Shown piece after piece: positions 45,097-55,070 of a stretch of DNA of 64,000 bases. The notes below the pieces were generated by a model. The model made no database searches and was not told the DNA's origin. It saw nothing but the letters and a program-made list of their open reading frames with translations. Both the position numbers and the translations under genes were made by a program. The stretch is from Desulfobacterales bacterium (GTDB taxonomy: Bacteria > Desulfobacterota > Desulfobacteria > Desulfobacterales > G963662235): NCBI GenBank assembly GCA_963662235.1, contig OY759308.1, positions 182,109 through 246,108 of the forward strand. Direction: 5' to 3'. The number at the start of each line of letters is the position of its first letter. Position 1 is the stretch's first letter.

Positions 45097-45222
45097 CACT
45101 TTGTATAAGTAATGGCAGGCAAAGTGCTACATATCAAAATTTGTAGCCCGCTCAAACTGCGTGGCGGTTTGACAGGAAAGTACCACGCAATCTGCTACTA
45201 CTCATACAATTTACCGTTGGGC
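45091..45222 (+). other. attC-like site of cassette 3 (132 bp)
   Basis: Layout:
- inverse core CCCTAAC (45091-97), overlapping the TAA stop, then spacer ACT;
- L'' TTGTATAAGTA;
- L' TACTCATACAA;
- spacer TTTACC;
- core GTTGGGC (45216-22).
GCCCCTAAC is the exact reverse complement of the cassette start GTTAGGGGC at 42365. Confidence 0.8.
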
Positions 45223-45254
45223 ACAAGCAAAAAAACATACTGCAAAATTAGAGC

Positions 45255-46535
45255 ATGAGTGAATTTGACAATATAAAAATAGATGAGCTTCGTAAGGAGA
45301 TTCGGACATTTAATAATGATGAAAATGTACATAGATTAGAAAACTATTACAATTCCAAATCATTACCTGAGATTATGGGTTCGAGTAGAAAAGAATTAGC
45401 TCATAGCAATTTTCTTGCATGGATACTAAACAATGACGAAAGCCACATGCTTCGAGAGTATCCACTCAAGAAATTCTTAGAATTATTGGTTCTTTATAGT
45501 AAAGAAAAACAATTAAAGGCTTACAAAGAACTGTATGACTCAATTATTGTCTCTGACTTTGAATTAGAGAAGACTTTTATTGAAACAGAAAGAGCAATAA
45601 AAGGAGTTGGAAGACTTGATATTTATATTGAAACATCAATAAAATATGAAGATAAACGAAAATTGGTAAGATTAATAGTTGAAAATAAAGTTGGTACAAA
45701 AGAACATAGCGACCAAACTACAAAGTATTATGACTATTATGAAAAAATCAAGAAACAGCAGGATGAAATTAATATTTATGTGTTTCTTACACCTATTTCA
45801 AGTTTAGATTTAATGGAACTTGAAGAACCAGAATGCAGTTGCAAGGAATATATTCAAGTTAATTATCAATCAATCGTAGACTTTTTATTAGAACCTACAC
45901 TTCAAAAAAACATAACAGACAAGACAAAATTTATTATTACAGAATATCTTCAATCTTTAAGCCAGCCGACATTGGATAAAGAAGATGAAGAATATAAACA
46001 AGGATTAATTATGGCTTTAGGCACAGACGAAAGAAATCTCTTGACAAAATTTTGGGATAAAAATCAGAAATTAATACTTGCAGCGCTCTATGCAATTAGT
46101 TCTGATCCTGAACAGGATAAAGACACTAGAGATAGTGCTTCAAATGCTATTGGGAACCTATCTAATTCAGGGAAAAATAAAAGCTTATGTTCTATAAAAT
46201 TTAATGGAGTTGTCGAGGCTGAAAAGATTAAGAAATCTGATATTGGATTTTCAACAATAATGATTCTTGAAAAGAAAAAGCTGATTAATGATGAATCAAT
46301 TGAATTTCTAAAAAATGATAAATCATGTAGTTTCCGATTATTAAAATCAGCAGAAGAGATAACTGAAGGAGAAATAAAATATCGTAGATATAGACATAAC
46401 GAAGAACCCGAGTTGATTTACAATGATATTGGATATTATGTTGCAAGGAATTGGGGGACAAATAATATTGATAAGTTTATTAAAAACATGAAAGATAAAT
46501 TTAAGGAGCTTGAATATATTATACATGAAGAATAA
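45255..46535 (+). CDS. PD-(D/E)XK nuclease superfamily protein (cassette 4)
   Basis: ELAHSNFLAWILNNDESH and GRLDIYIE...LIVENKVGTKEHSDQTTKYY give a D...E-x-K motif. The C-terminal ~130 aa are unassigned. Confidence 0.65.
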   Translation: MSEFDNIKIDELRKEIRTFNNDENVHRLENYYNSKSLPEIMGSSRKELAHSNFLAWILNNDESHMLREYPLKKFLELLVLYSKEKQLKAYKELYDSIIVSDFELEKTFIETERAIKGVGRLDIYIETSIKYEDKRKLVRLIVENKVGTKEHSDQTTKYYDYYEKIKKQQDEINIYVFLTPISSLDLMELEEPECSCKEYIQVNYQSIVDFLLEPTLQKNITDKTKFIITEYLQSLSQPTLDKEDEEYKQGLIMALGTDERNLLTKFWDKNQKLILAALYAISSDPEQDKDTRDSASNAIGNLSNSGKNKSLCSIKFNGVVEAEKIKKSDIGFSTIMILEKKKLINDESIEFLKNDKSCSFRLLKSAEEITEGEIKYRRYRHNEEPELIYNDIGYYVARNWGTNNIDKFIKNMKDKFKELEYIIHEE

Positions 46536-46542
46536 TGCCAGT

Positions 46543-46673
46543 GCCCAACACGCAATAAAAAACATAGGGTGGAAAGTGCTAAATTTGAACGACATAACAT
46601 TTAAGAAACGGTTTGGTAACTTGATAGATAAGTGCTTCGAAGCGTCTTCCGTTTCTTATTGCCACCGTTAGTT
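46543..46673 (+). other. attC-like site of cassette 4 (131 bp)
   Basis: Layout:
- inverse core GCCCAAC (46543-49), then spacer ACG;
- L'' CAATAAAAAAC;
- L' GTTTCTTATTG;
- spacer CCACC;
- core GTTAGTT (46667-73).
GTGCCCAAC is the exact reverse complement of the cassette start GTTGGGCAC at 45216. Confidence 0.8.
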
Positions 46674-46694
46674 GTTATTAAAAAAACCGAACCA

Positions 46695-47579
46695 ATGGAA
46701 CAACATTTTAATTCTTCTGAATACATTAAGCATTTAGCAAATGAATTAATTAGGAATTTTGCTTTTTCAAGATCGGCAACAACACCTGTTTTAGTTGGTA
46801 GTGCCAGAGAAAAAGAAGTAATAAGAAAATTAGAATTATTACTACCAAAATCTATAGGGATTGGCTCTGGGTGTATAATTGATAGTTTTGGGAAAACCAG
46901 TAAACAGATGGATATAGTTTTATTTGAAAAAGATTTATGCCCAGTTTTTTGTATTAATGAATCCTCTGAAACCACATATTATCCGTGCGAAGGGGTTATT
47001 GCTGCTGGAGAGGTTAAAAGTAGCCTGAATTCAAAAGAATTAACAAATATATTTAATAAGGCTCAATCTGTTAAAGAATTAAAGCGGTTTACTGAGCTTG
47101 AGAAAAGTGATTTGTCAGGTTCAGGTTATTATGCATTCAGAAAATATGGAAATAGAACTAGTTTTGCAGGTGCTCCATCGGAAGATTACGACCAAGTTAA
47201 TAAATATACAGACCAAATTTTTTGTTTTGCTCTTTGTGGAGACCTGGAAATAACTGTTGAAACTCTTTCTGAAAAATATGAAAATGAACTAAAGAGAATC
47301 AATTTTATTAATGAGGTTAATCTAATCTCAATTTTGAATTATGGATTGATATTTTATTACAATGAAAAGGATAATACAATTAAAAATAATCTTAAAGATG
47401 GAGACTCCTTTTTTATAACTGGTAAACGTGAAAATAACTTTGAATTCCTTTTGTCTGCTTTACATAATGCAATTAATGATGGGAGAACGGTAAATATTAG
47501 AGCATATAACAGATACATTTCATTAAGCAATAGTGTTTCATTAATTGGTGGAATTAGAAAAAAAATTAACAACAGCTAA
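46695..47579 (+). CDS. DUF6602-like protein with a PD-(D/E)XK-type motif (cassette 5)
   Basis: The ATG at 46695 is preferred (MEQHFNSSEY...). GSAREKEVIRKLELLLPKSIGIGSGCIIDSFGKTSKQMDIVLFEKD...CEGVIAAGEVKSSL gives D...E-V-K. The family assignment is from memory and was not searched. Confidence 0.5.
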   Translation: MEQHFNSSEYIKHLANELIRNFAFSRSATTPVLVGSAREKEVIRKLELLLPKSIGIGSGCIIDSFGKTSKQMDIVLFEKDLCPVFCINESSETTYYPCEGVIAAGEVKSSLNSKELTNIFNKAQSVKELKRFTELEKSDLSGSGYYAFRKYGNRTSFAGAPSEDYDQVNKYTDQIFCFALCGDLEITVETLSEKYENELKRINFINEVNLISILNYGLIFYYNEKDNTIKNNLKDGDSFFITGKRENNFEFLLSALHNAINDGRTVNIRAYNRYISLSNSVSLIGGIRKKINNS

Positions 47580-47703
47580 CAGTGCATATATTTATTGGGG
47601 GTTGAATCGCTAATTTCAAAGTAATTACACTAAATTAGCTCCTTAACGTGGGATAAAGAATTGCTTCGAAATCCCCCAACAAAACATATGCTTAACGTTA
47701 GAG
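47574..47703 (+). other. attC-like site of cassette 5 (130 bp)
   Basis: Layout:
- inverse core AGCTAAC (47574-80), overlapping the TAA stop, then spacer AGT;
- L'' GCATATATTTATTGGGGG;
- L' CCCCCAACAAAACATATGC;
- spacer TTAAC;
- core GTTAGAG (47697-703).
AACAgCTAAC is the reverse complement (one mismatch) of the cassette start GTTAGtTGTT at 46667. Confidence 0.75.
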
Positions 47704-47731
47704 AAATAAAGGGGTCGAGTCCTCTCTTGAC
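47704..47731 (+). mobile_element. Left-end fragment of the IS-like element, immediately after the attC core site
   Basis: AAATAAAGGGGTCGAGTCCTCTCTTGAC matches the left ends at 40467 and 41647. Similarity is lost after ~28 nt. Confidence 0.65.
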
Positions 47732-47763
47732 TCAAAGTCGTACAAACATAGTACAAAATCGTA

Positions 47764-48027
47764 AATCGTAGGGGCGTATTGCCATACGCCCTCTCAACAA
47801 TGCAATCACCATCAAAAACAATTGGTGCAGTTTGTTCGTGGATTTTAATCTACTGTAACAAAACAGATAAATCAATTGATACAAACACTCAGTCAAAAAT
47901 TGTGGTAACGCAATTATTATGAACATATCATACGCAATGAAAAAATGAGCATGGGCGTATAGCAATACGCCCCTACGAAAAAACAAATTGTACGGAAATG
48001 ATTGAATATTGCAGGAAGACCTTTAGG
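47764..48027 (+). pseudogene. Decayed RayT-type transposase relic, copy 2 (uninterrupted; empty site for the 21278 MITE)
   Basis: Collinear with 21122-21277 plus 21480-21586. It shares the same in-frame TAA stops and carries one extra frameshift. It is bounded by the same GGGCGTAT..ATACGCCC hairpins. Confidence 0.7.
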
Positions 48028-48114
48028 GGCTGATAGAATTTCTTAGTGCGAATAATATTGCCCAATAGTAAAAAAAATTATTTCGTTATTTTGCAATCTT
48101 TAAAGAGACACTTA

Positions 48115-48156
48115 CTTCTCAAAAAAAAAGCCGTATTTTTAAAAAAATACGGCTTT
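48115..48156 (-). terminator. Rho-independent terminator after sdhB
   Basis: On the minus strand, AGCCGTATTTTT-tt-AAAAATACGGCT (48129-48154) is followed by a run of about 10 T. Confidence 0.8.
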
Positions 48157-48177
48157 GTAAAAAAAAATTAAAAAATA

Positions 48178-48942
48178 TTATTCAACGCTTGAAGCAAAAC
48201 TTGCCTTTATAAATTCTCGATTTAGTCTTGCAATGTGTGCAATTGGAATTTCTTTAGGGCATTCTGCTTCGCACTCAGTTTCGTTAGTACAATTTCCAAA
48301 GCCACAAGCATCATGTGCTCTTAGCATATTGATTGCTCTTTTTGCAGCCTCTGGTCTTCCTTGAGGAAGAAGTGCCAATTGAGAAACTTTTGCTGATGTA
48401 AAAAGCATAGCTGAAGCGTTAGGGCAAGATGCAACACAAGCACCACATCCGATACATTGAGCAGCATCCATAGCAAGATCAGCGTTTTCTTTTGGGATAA
48501 GAATAGCATTAGCATCTTGTGCTCCACCAGTATTTGCTGAAACATAACCACCTGCTTGTATAATTTTATCAAGCGCACCTCTATCGACTGCTAAATCTTT
48601 TAAAACAGGGAAAGCTTTTGCCCTCCAAGGTTCTATTACTATTGTGTCTCCATCTTTAAAACGTCTCATATGGAGCTGACACAAAGTTGTACCTTTATCA
48701 GAACCATGCGCTCTACCATTAACCATAACGCCACACATACCACATATACCTTCACGGCAGTCATTATCAAAAGCTATTGGGTCTTTGCCTTCAAGAGCTA
48801 ACTCTTCATTTACAACATCAAGCATTTCGAGAAAACTCATATCGGTTGAAATATTTTTTGCCTGATATGTTTCCAAAGCTCCTTTAGCTTTACTATTTTG
48901 TTGTCGCCAAACTTTGAGCGTTAAATTGATAGTCTTTTCCAT
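48178..48942 (-). CDS. sdhB: Succinate dehydrogenase/fumarate reductase iron-sulfur subunit
   Basis: Cys clusters are [22 protein letters not shown] and [12 protein letters not shown]. It overlaps the sdhA stop. Confidence 0.9.
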   Translation of the reverse strand: MEKTINLTLKVWRQQNSKAKGALETYQAKNISTDMSFLEMLDVVNEELALEGKDPIAFDNDCREGICGMCGVMVNGRAHGSDKGTTLCQLHMRRFKDGDTIVIEPWRAKAFPVLKDLAVDRGALDKIIQAGGYVSANTGGAQDANAILIPKENADLAMDAAQCIGCGACVASCPNASAMLFTSAKVSQLALLPQGRPEAAKRAINMLRAHDACGFGNCTNETECEAECPKEIPIAHIARLNREFIKASFASSVE

Positions 48943-50861
48943 TATTTATAACTCCTTTGTGTTAGTTTGACATTTTCAAATTTTAAAGACTCTTTGTTCA
49001 TCTCTGGAGCCTTGCCATAACCTTTGTAGCCCCAAGCCGCTACATAACAGAAATTTTCATCATCTCTTCTTGCTTCACCTTCATCAGTTTGAAAATCGGT
49101 GTTAAAATGTCCACCGCAAGATTCTTGACGATTTAGAGCATCAACTACCATAAGTTCACCAAATTCAAGAAAATCTGCAACTCTACCAGCTTTTTCAAGG
49201 TTTTGATTAAACTCATCAGCAACACCTGTAACTTTAACATTTTGCCAAAACTCTTCTCTTAGGTTTGCTATCATACCTTGAGCTTTTTTAAGACCTTCAT
49301 TGTTTCTTGCCATTCCGCAATAATCCCACATAATATGGCCAAGAGTTTTATGAAAATCGTCAACAGTTCTTTTACCATTAATGCCCATAAGTTTTTTAAC
49401 TCTATCATCTGTATCTTTTAATGCTTCTTTACATTCTGCAGAATCTTCTGGGACTTTCTTTAGATTTGTACTCTCTTGTGCAAGATAACCTCCGATTGTG
49501 TATGGAATAACAAAATAACCGTCAGCCAAACCTTGCATAAGAGCACTTGCTCCAAGTCTATTTGCACCATGGTCAGAAAAGTTTGCTTCCCCAAGAACAA
49601 AAAGCCCTGGAAGATTACTCATAAGGTTATAATCTACCCAAAGTCCACCCATTGTATAGTGAACAGCAGGATATATCATCATAGGTGTTTTGTAAGGATC
49701 TTGGTCAACTATTTTTTCATACATTTGGAAAAGGTTACCATATTTTTGTCTGATAACATCTTCACCATCTCTTTGAATTGCGTCTTTAAAATCGAGATAA
49801 ACAGCCAAACCAGTTGAACCAACACCTTTTCCTGCATCGCATTGCTCTTTTGCATTTCTTGATGCAACGTCTCTTGGAACAAGATTTCCAAAGCTTGGAT
49901 ATTTTTCTTCCAAATAGTAAAATCTTTCAGATTCTGGAATATCTTCAGGACGTCTTTTGTCTCCTGGTTCTTTTGGAACCCAAACTCTTCCATCATTTCT
50001 TAAACTTTCACTCATAAGTGTAAGCTTAGATTGATAGTCACCATGAACAGGGATACAAGTTGGATGAATTTGAGTAAAACAAGGATTAGCAAAGAATGCC
50101 CCTTTTTTATAAGCAGAATAAGCAGCAGAAACATTAGAGCCCATTGCATTTGTTGAAAGGAAAAATACATTTCCATAACCACCAGTTGCAAGAACAACTG
50201 CATCTGCTGTATGTGTTTCAAGTTCGCCGTTGATAAGGTTTCTAACAACAATACCTCTTGCTTTGCCATCAACAACAATTAAATTAAGCATATCTCTTCT
50301 TGGAAGCATTGTAACTTTCTTTTCTGCAACTTGTCTTGAAAGAGCAGAATATGCACCAAGAAGGAGCTGTTGCCCCGTTTGTCCTCTTGCATAAAAAGTT
50401 CTTGAGACCTGTGCACCACCAAAACTTCTATTTGCAAGAAGTCCGCCGTAATCTCTTGCAAAAGGAACACCTTGAGCAACACATTGGTCTATAATGTTTA
50501 CACTCTCTTCTGCAAGTCTGTGAACATTTGCTTCTCTTGCTCTAAAGTCGCCACCTTTGACTGTGTCGTAAAAAAGTCTATGAACACTGTCACCATCATT
50601 TTGATAGTTTTTGGCAGCATTGATTCCGCCTTGAGCTGCAATACTGTGTGCCCTTCTTGGAGAATCTTGAATACAAAAACATTTTACATTGTATCCAAGC
50701 TCTGCCATAGAAGCAGCAGCAGCTCCACCGCCAAGACCAGAACCTACAACTATAATATTATATTTTCTTTTGTTAGCTGGATTAACCAACTTTAAATCAA
50801 ATTTATACTTTGACCACTTATCGGCCAGAGCTCCCTCTGGGACTCTTCCATCAAGTTCCAT
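48942..50861 (-). CDS. sdhA: Succinate dehydrogenase/fumarate reductase flavoprotein subunit
   Basis: FAD-binding [12 protein letters not shown], then [14 protein letters not shown] and [10 protein letters not shown]. At 639 aa it is the long form that pairs with b558-type anchors. Confidence 0.9.
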   Translation of the reverse strand: MELDGRVPEGALADKWSKYKFDLKLVNPANKRKYNIIVVGSGLGGGAAAASMAELGYNVKCFCIQDSPRRAHSIAAQGGINAAKNYQNDGDSVHRLFYDTVKGGDFRAREANVHRLAEESVNIIDQCVAQGVPFARDYGGLLANRSFGGAQVSRTFYARGQTGQQLLLGAYSALSRQVAEKKVTMLPRRDMLNLIVVDGKARGIVVRNLINGELETHTADAVVLATGGYGNVFFLSTNAMGSNVSAAYSAYKKGAFFANPCFTQIHPTCIPVHGDYQSKLTLMSESLRNDGRVWVPKEPGDKRRPEDIPESERFYYLEEKYPSFGNLVPRDVASRNAKEQCDAGKGVGSTGLAVYLDFKDAIQRDGEDVIRQKYGNLFQMYEKIVDQDPYKTPMMIYPAVHYTMGGLWVDYNLMSNLPGLFVLGEANFSDHGANRLGASALMQGLADGYFVIPYTIGGYLAQESTNLKKVPEDSAECKEALKDTDDRVKKLMGINGKRTVDDFHKTLGHIMWDYCGMARNNEGLKKAQGMIANLREEFWQNVKVTGVADEFNQNLEKAGRVADFLEFGELMVVDALNRQESCGGHFNTDFQTDEGEARRDDENFCYVAAWGYKGYGKAPEMNKESLKFENVKLTQRSYK

Positions 50862-50873
50862 ATTTTTATCTCC

Positions 50874-51512
50874 TTAAAATTTAATTAATATTGGAAGGAA
50901 ACCAAAACCAACAGCAACTATAAAACTAAACAATAAACCTAACGTTTTTATCGTAGGCATATATTTAGGGTGGTTTGCCCCAAAAGTTTGAAAAGCACTC
51001 CAAAAACCGTGACTTACATGAATTGCAACAACTACTATCGCTGCAACATATGTCCATTTGAAAACAGGATTAGTAAAATAACGCGATACGATATCTGCAA
51101 TTGTATTAACATCTGTTTTTTCAACAAAATGGAAATTTAAAAGATGAAGAACTATAAACCCTAAAATCAAGATACCTGTATAAGGCATAGTTTTTGAGCC
51201 TATACTACTTCCACCTGCACTTTTATTAACTGCATATCTTTTTGACCTTGCTCCAAGATTTTGGAAAAAAAGAGTAAGACCAATAAGAACATGAATAATA
51301 AAAAGGGAAAGAAGAACAATTTCAGCAACGGTAATAACAGGACCGAGAGCGTGAAGATGCTCAGCATAAGCATTAAACAAATCTTTCCCTCCATAAATTG
51401 TAAGATTTCCTATTAAATGAGCAACAAGGAATCCACAAAAACTAAGTCCTGTAAGTGCCATAAGAAGCTTCTTTCCTATTGACGAAGAAAAAGTTTTAAG
51501 CAACCAGTTCAT
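50874..51512 (-). CDS. sdhC: Succinate dehydrogenase cytochrome b (b558-type, 5-TM) anchor subunit
   Basis: 212 aa with five hydrophobic helices carrying conserved His residues (VAHLIGN, IIHVLIG, VLHLLNFH, AIHVSHG). Confidence 0.8.
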   Translation of the reverse strand: MNWLLKTFSSSIGKKLLMALTGLSFCGFLVAHLIGNLTIYGGKDLFNAYAEHLHALGPVITVAEIVLLSLFIIHVLIGLTLFFQNLGARSKRYAVNKSAGGSSIGSKTMPYTGILILGFIVLHLLNFHFVEKTDVNTIADIVSRYFTNPVFKWTYVAAIVVVAIHVSHGFWSAFQTFGANHPKYMPTIKTLGLLFSFIVAVGFGFLPILIKF

Positions 51513-51576
51513 TTTTTATAACTCCTTAAATTTTAGTTTAAAAATAGATTGAAAAGTAGTCTCTTTTTTTCAATGT

Positions 51577-52458
51577 TTAACCGAGTCCAGCAAAAGCTTC
51601 CTTACAAACATCACCTAAAACAGCAAGATTGTCTGCAACTGAAATTCCATTTTGCTTCATTGCTTCAACTTTTGATTGTCCTGTTCCGCTACTACCACTT
51701 ATAATTGCACCTGCGTGTCCCATTCTTTTACCTGGAGGAGCTGTTAAACCTGCTATAAATCCAACAACAGGTTTATTAACATTTGCTTTAATGTATTCTG
51801 CAGCTTCTTCTTCTGCGTTTCCGCCAATTTCACCAATCATAACAATACCTTTTGTGTCAGGATCATCTTTAAATTGGGAAAGGCAATCTATAAAGTTTGT
51901 TCCATTTACAGGGTCGCCACCAATTCCGATACAAGTTGTTTGACCTAATCCAATTGAAGTTAAAGCGTGAACTGCTTCATAAGTTAATGTCCCAGAGCGA
52001 GAAACAACACCAATAGGCCCACCTGGTTTATGGATTGGTCCTGGCATAATGCCTATTTTGCACTCACCTGGAGTTATAATTCCAGGACAATTAGGACCTA
52101 TAAGACGAGAAGATTTTCCCTTCATATAGTTTTTAACTGTCATCATATCCATCACAGGAATACCTTCTGTGATTGCTACAATCATTGGAATTTCAGCATC
52201 AACTGCTTCCATAATTGCATCTGCACAAAATGGAGGAGGAACGAAAACCATTGTGGCATTAGCGCCTGTTTTTTTAACAGCATCTTCAACTGTGTTAAAA
52301 ACAGGGATTCCGTCCATATTTTGACCACCTTTACCGGGAGTGACTCCTGCGACAACATTTGTTCCATAAGCGACACATTGTCTTGTATGAAACTGCCCTT
52401 CAGAGCCTGTGATGCCTTGAACAAGCAGTTTTGTATCTTTATTTATAAATATACTCAC
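51577..52458 (-). CDS. sucD: Succinyl-CoA synthetase alpha subunit
   Basis: [22 protein letters not shown] and GHAGAII (phosphohistidine loop). Confidence 0.95.
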   Translation of the reverse strand: MSIFINKDTKLLVQGITGSEGQFHTRQCVAYGTNVVAGVTPGKGGQNMDGIPVFNTVEDAVKKTGANATMVFVPPPFCADAIMEAVDAEIPMIVAITEGIPVMDMMTVKNYMKGKSSRLIGPNCPGIITPGECKIGIMPGPIHKPGGPIGVVSRSGTLTYEAVHALTSIGLGQTTCIGIGGDPVNGTNFIDCLSQFKDDPDTKGIVMIGEIGGNAEEEAAEYIKANVNKPVVGFIAGLTAPPGKRMGHAGAIISGSSGTGQSKVEAMKQNGISVADNLAVLGDVCKEAFAGLG

Positions 52459-52476
52459 TTTTATCTATCTCCTTAT

Positions 52477-53640
52477 TTAAACAAGTTTGGCAACTTTGCT
52501 TGTTGCATCTTTAAGCGTTTCTGCATTAATAATATCTATGCCAGAGTTTGCTAAAATCTCTTTACCTTTTTCAACATTGGTGCCTTCCATTCTGATAACA
52601 AGAGGAACAGAAAGACCAATCTTTTGTGCAGCTTCAACAACACCATTTGCAAGTGTATCGCATCTTAAGATTCCGCCAAAAATATTTATTAAGATAGCTT
52701 TTACATTTTTATCACTTAAAATAATTTGAAAACCATTTGCTATCATTTCTGCATTTGCTCCGCCTCCAACATCCAAAAAGTTAGCTGGTCTTGCTCCTGC
52801 AAACTTAATTGCATCCATTGTCGCCATAGCGAGCCCTGCACCATTTACCATACTTCCAACATTTCCGCCGCCACCGAGATTGATATAATTTAAACCATAT
52901 TTAGAAGCTTCTCTTTCAAGAGGGTCTTCTTCATCTAAATCTCTATATTCAAGAACGTCTTTATGTCGATATAAAGAGTTGCTATCAACATCAACTTTTG
53001 CATCAAGAGCAACAACTTTATCTTCACCAACATAAACAAGAGGATTGATTTCCACCATAGAGCAGTCATATTTTGAAAACATATTGTATAGATTTTTAAC
53101 GAGTCCACTAAGTGCTTTCTTATACTCTTTAGGGACATTAAGTCCTGATGCAAGAGCGTTTAGATGATATGCTCTAATTCCAACGTTTGGGTCTATATAA
53201 ACTTTTATTATTTTTTCTGGAGTTTTTTCAGCAACTTCTTCAATGTCCATCCCACCTTCTTCAGAAGCCATAATAATATTTTTAGCAGTGGCTCTGTCAG
53301 GCAAAATACTAAGATAAAGCTCTTTTCTAATATCCAAACCCTCTTCTATCAAAAGTTTTTGGACAAGCTTGCCTTCAGGTCCTGTCTGTTTTGTCACAAG
53401 CGTCATACCAAGTATTTCATCGATATACTTTTTTGCATCTTCTTTGGTCTTAGCAACTTTAACTCCGCCGCCTTTCCCTCTTCCACCTGCGTGAATTTGG
53501 GCTTTCACAACGACAGGAAAGCTTCCGAGAGCATCTACATTCTGAATTGCTTCTTCTGCAGTAAAAGCAACTTTCCCCTCAGGCACAGGGACATTGGCAG
53601 CTCTAAAAAGCTCTTTTGCCTGATATTCATGTACTTTCAT
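52477..53640 (-). CDS. sucC: Succinyl-CoA synthetase beta subunit
   Basis: [12 protein letters not shown] start at 53640. The ORF-track extension to 53721 runs into the MITE. ATP-grasp motifs are present, plus [20 protein letters not shown]. Confidence 0.95.
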   Translation of the reverse strand: MKVHEYQAKELFRAANVPVPEGKVAFTAEEAIQNVDALGSFPVVVKAQIHAGGRGKGGGVKVAKTKEDAKKYIDEILGMTLVTKQTGPEGKLVQKLLIEEGLDIRKELYLSILPDRATAKNIIMASEEGGMDIEEVAEKTPEKIIKVYIDPNVGIRAYHLNALASGLNVPKEYKKALSGLVKNLYNMFSKYDCSMVEINPLVYVGEDKVVALDAKVDVDSNSLYRHKDVLEYRDLDEEDPLEREASKYGLNYINLGGGGNVGSMVNGAGLAMATMDAIKFAGARPANFLDVGGGANAEMIANGFQIILSDKNVKAILINIFGGILRCDTLANGVVEAAQKIGLSVPLVIRMEGTNVEKGKEILANSGIDIINAETLKDATSKVAKLV

Positions 53641-53706
53641 ATAATCTCTCCTTAATAAAAAATAAAATTTGAAAATCGTAAATATAAAGTTAAATTTTAT
53701 ACTATT

Positions 53707-53855
53707 GAGACCTTTGCACATAATATTTTTTACAAAAAAATTTACAAAAGCCTATAAAGACTTACGCTCTCTTTTACTTTTGTTTTGGGTTCGACGTATA
53801 AAAATACTACTTCACCACAAAACAAAAGCAAAATAAAGCTATGTGCAAAGGTCTC
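53707..53855 (-). mobile_element. MITE, subfamily 1, short full copy (149 bp) with 6-bp TSD ACTATT
   Basis: GAGACCTTTGCACATAAT...CTATGTGCAAAGGTCTC is flanked by ACTATT at 53701-06 and 53856-61. The hairpin stem is CTTTTGTTTTG / CAAAACAAAAG. Confidence 0.9.
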
Positions 53856-53883
53856 ACTATTATAATAAGTATAAAAAATTTTC

Positions 53884-55044
53884 TTATTTTTTCTTATCTT
53901 TCAAAACTTCATTCGCTATAACTATTTTTTGGACTTCACTCGTACCTTCATAAATTGTAAAAATACGGCAATCTCTATAAAGTCTTTCAACTTTATAATC
54001 TTTACTAAAACCATACCCTCCATGTATTTGAATAGCTTTTCCGCAAATTTCACTTGCAAGTTCTGAAGCGTATAATTTTGCCATTGAAGCCTCTTTTGCA
54101 CAAGGCACACCTCGATCTTTCATTGAGGCGGCATTTAAAATCAAAAGTCTTGCTGCTTCAAGTTTTACAGCCATTTCTGAAATCATAAATCTCAAGCCTT
54201 GAAACTTAGCTATCGGCATTTTAAATTGCTGTCTCTGTTTTGCATACTTAACTGCCTCATCAAACGCAGCAAGAGCAACACCATAAGATTGAGAAGCGAT
54301 ACCAATTCTTCCATCCTCAAGCCCACTCATAGCAACTTTAAAACCTTCTCCTTCTTTGCCAAGAAGCGTAGAAGCAGGAACTTTACAATTATCAAAAATC
54401 AAATCGGTAGTATCTGATGCTCTTAGTCCCATCTTATCTTCTATATTACCAACGCTAAACCCTTTAAAATCTTTAGTAAGTAGAAAAGCAGTCATCCCTT
54501 TGTGACCTGCATTCATATCTGTTTTTGCAATTACTATAAAAACCCCAGATGTAAGCCCACCAGTTATAAATCTTTTTGTACCATTTAAGATATAGTTATC
54601 GCCTTCTTTTTTTGCAGTCATCGACATACCAGCAGGGTCAGAACCAGCCTCAGGTTCTGTTAAAGCAAAAGAAGCAATAACTTCTCCTCTTGCCATAGGC
54701 TTTAAGTATTTCTCTTTTTGTTCATCGGTTCCAAATTTTTTAATTGCTCCACAACCTATTGAGTTATGAACTGACATAATAACAGCCGTTGAAGCACAAG
54801 AGTATGCAATTTCAGATAGTGCAAGAGCATAGCTTACTGTCCCCATCTCTTCACCATCATACTCTTCTGGAACAAGCATACCAAGAAGCCCTAACTCTCC
54901 CATTTTTTTGAGTATATCTTTGGGATACTCTTTATTTTTATCTCTCTCAGCAGCAGAATCTTCAAGCTCTTTTCTTGCAAATTCTTTTGCCATTTTTTGT
55001 ATCATAAGTTGTTCTTTTGTTAGTTGGAATGACATTTTTTTCAC
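53884..55044 (-). CDS. Acyl-CoA dehydrogenase (short/medium-chain, butyryl-CoA dehydrogenase-like)
   Basis: 386 aa with ACAD motifs ALTEPEAGSD and QIHGGYGFSKDYKVERLYRDCRIFTIYEGTSE. Confidence 0.9.
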   Translation of the reverse strand: MKKMSFQLTKEQLMIQKMAKEFARKELEDSAAERDKNKEYPKDILKKMGELGLLGMLVPEEYDGEEMGTVSYALALSEIAYSCASTAVIMSVHNSIGCGAIKKFGTDEQKEKYLKPMARGEVIASFALTEPEAGSDPAGMSMTAKKEGDNYILNGTKRFITGGLTSGVFIVIAKTDMNAGHKGMTAFLLTKDFKGFSVGNIEDKMGLRASDTTDLIFDNCKVPASTLLGKEGEGFKVAMSGLEDGRIGIASQSYGVALAAFDEAVKYAKQRQQFKMPIAKFQGLRFMISEMAVKLEAARLLILNAASMKDRGVPCAKEASMAKLYASELASEICGKAIQIHGGYGFSKDYKVERLYRDCRIFTIYEGTSEVQKIVIANEVLKDKKK

Positions 55045-55070
55045 CTTATAAGATTTTAATTTTTAATTTT

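Noticed and set aside
53641-53721. N-terminal extensions proposed by the ORF track: sucC to 53721, TPR gene at 7773, regulator to 24158, Avs-like gene at 36018, DUF6602-like gene at 46632, TsaA-FmdE to 16016.
   Set aside because: - The extensions start at non-ATG codons inside MITE or attC-like sequence, or overlap the upstream gene.
- Internal ATGs give N-termini that match the family consensus (for example [12 protein letters not shown]).
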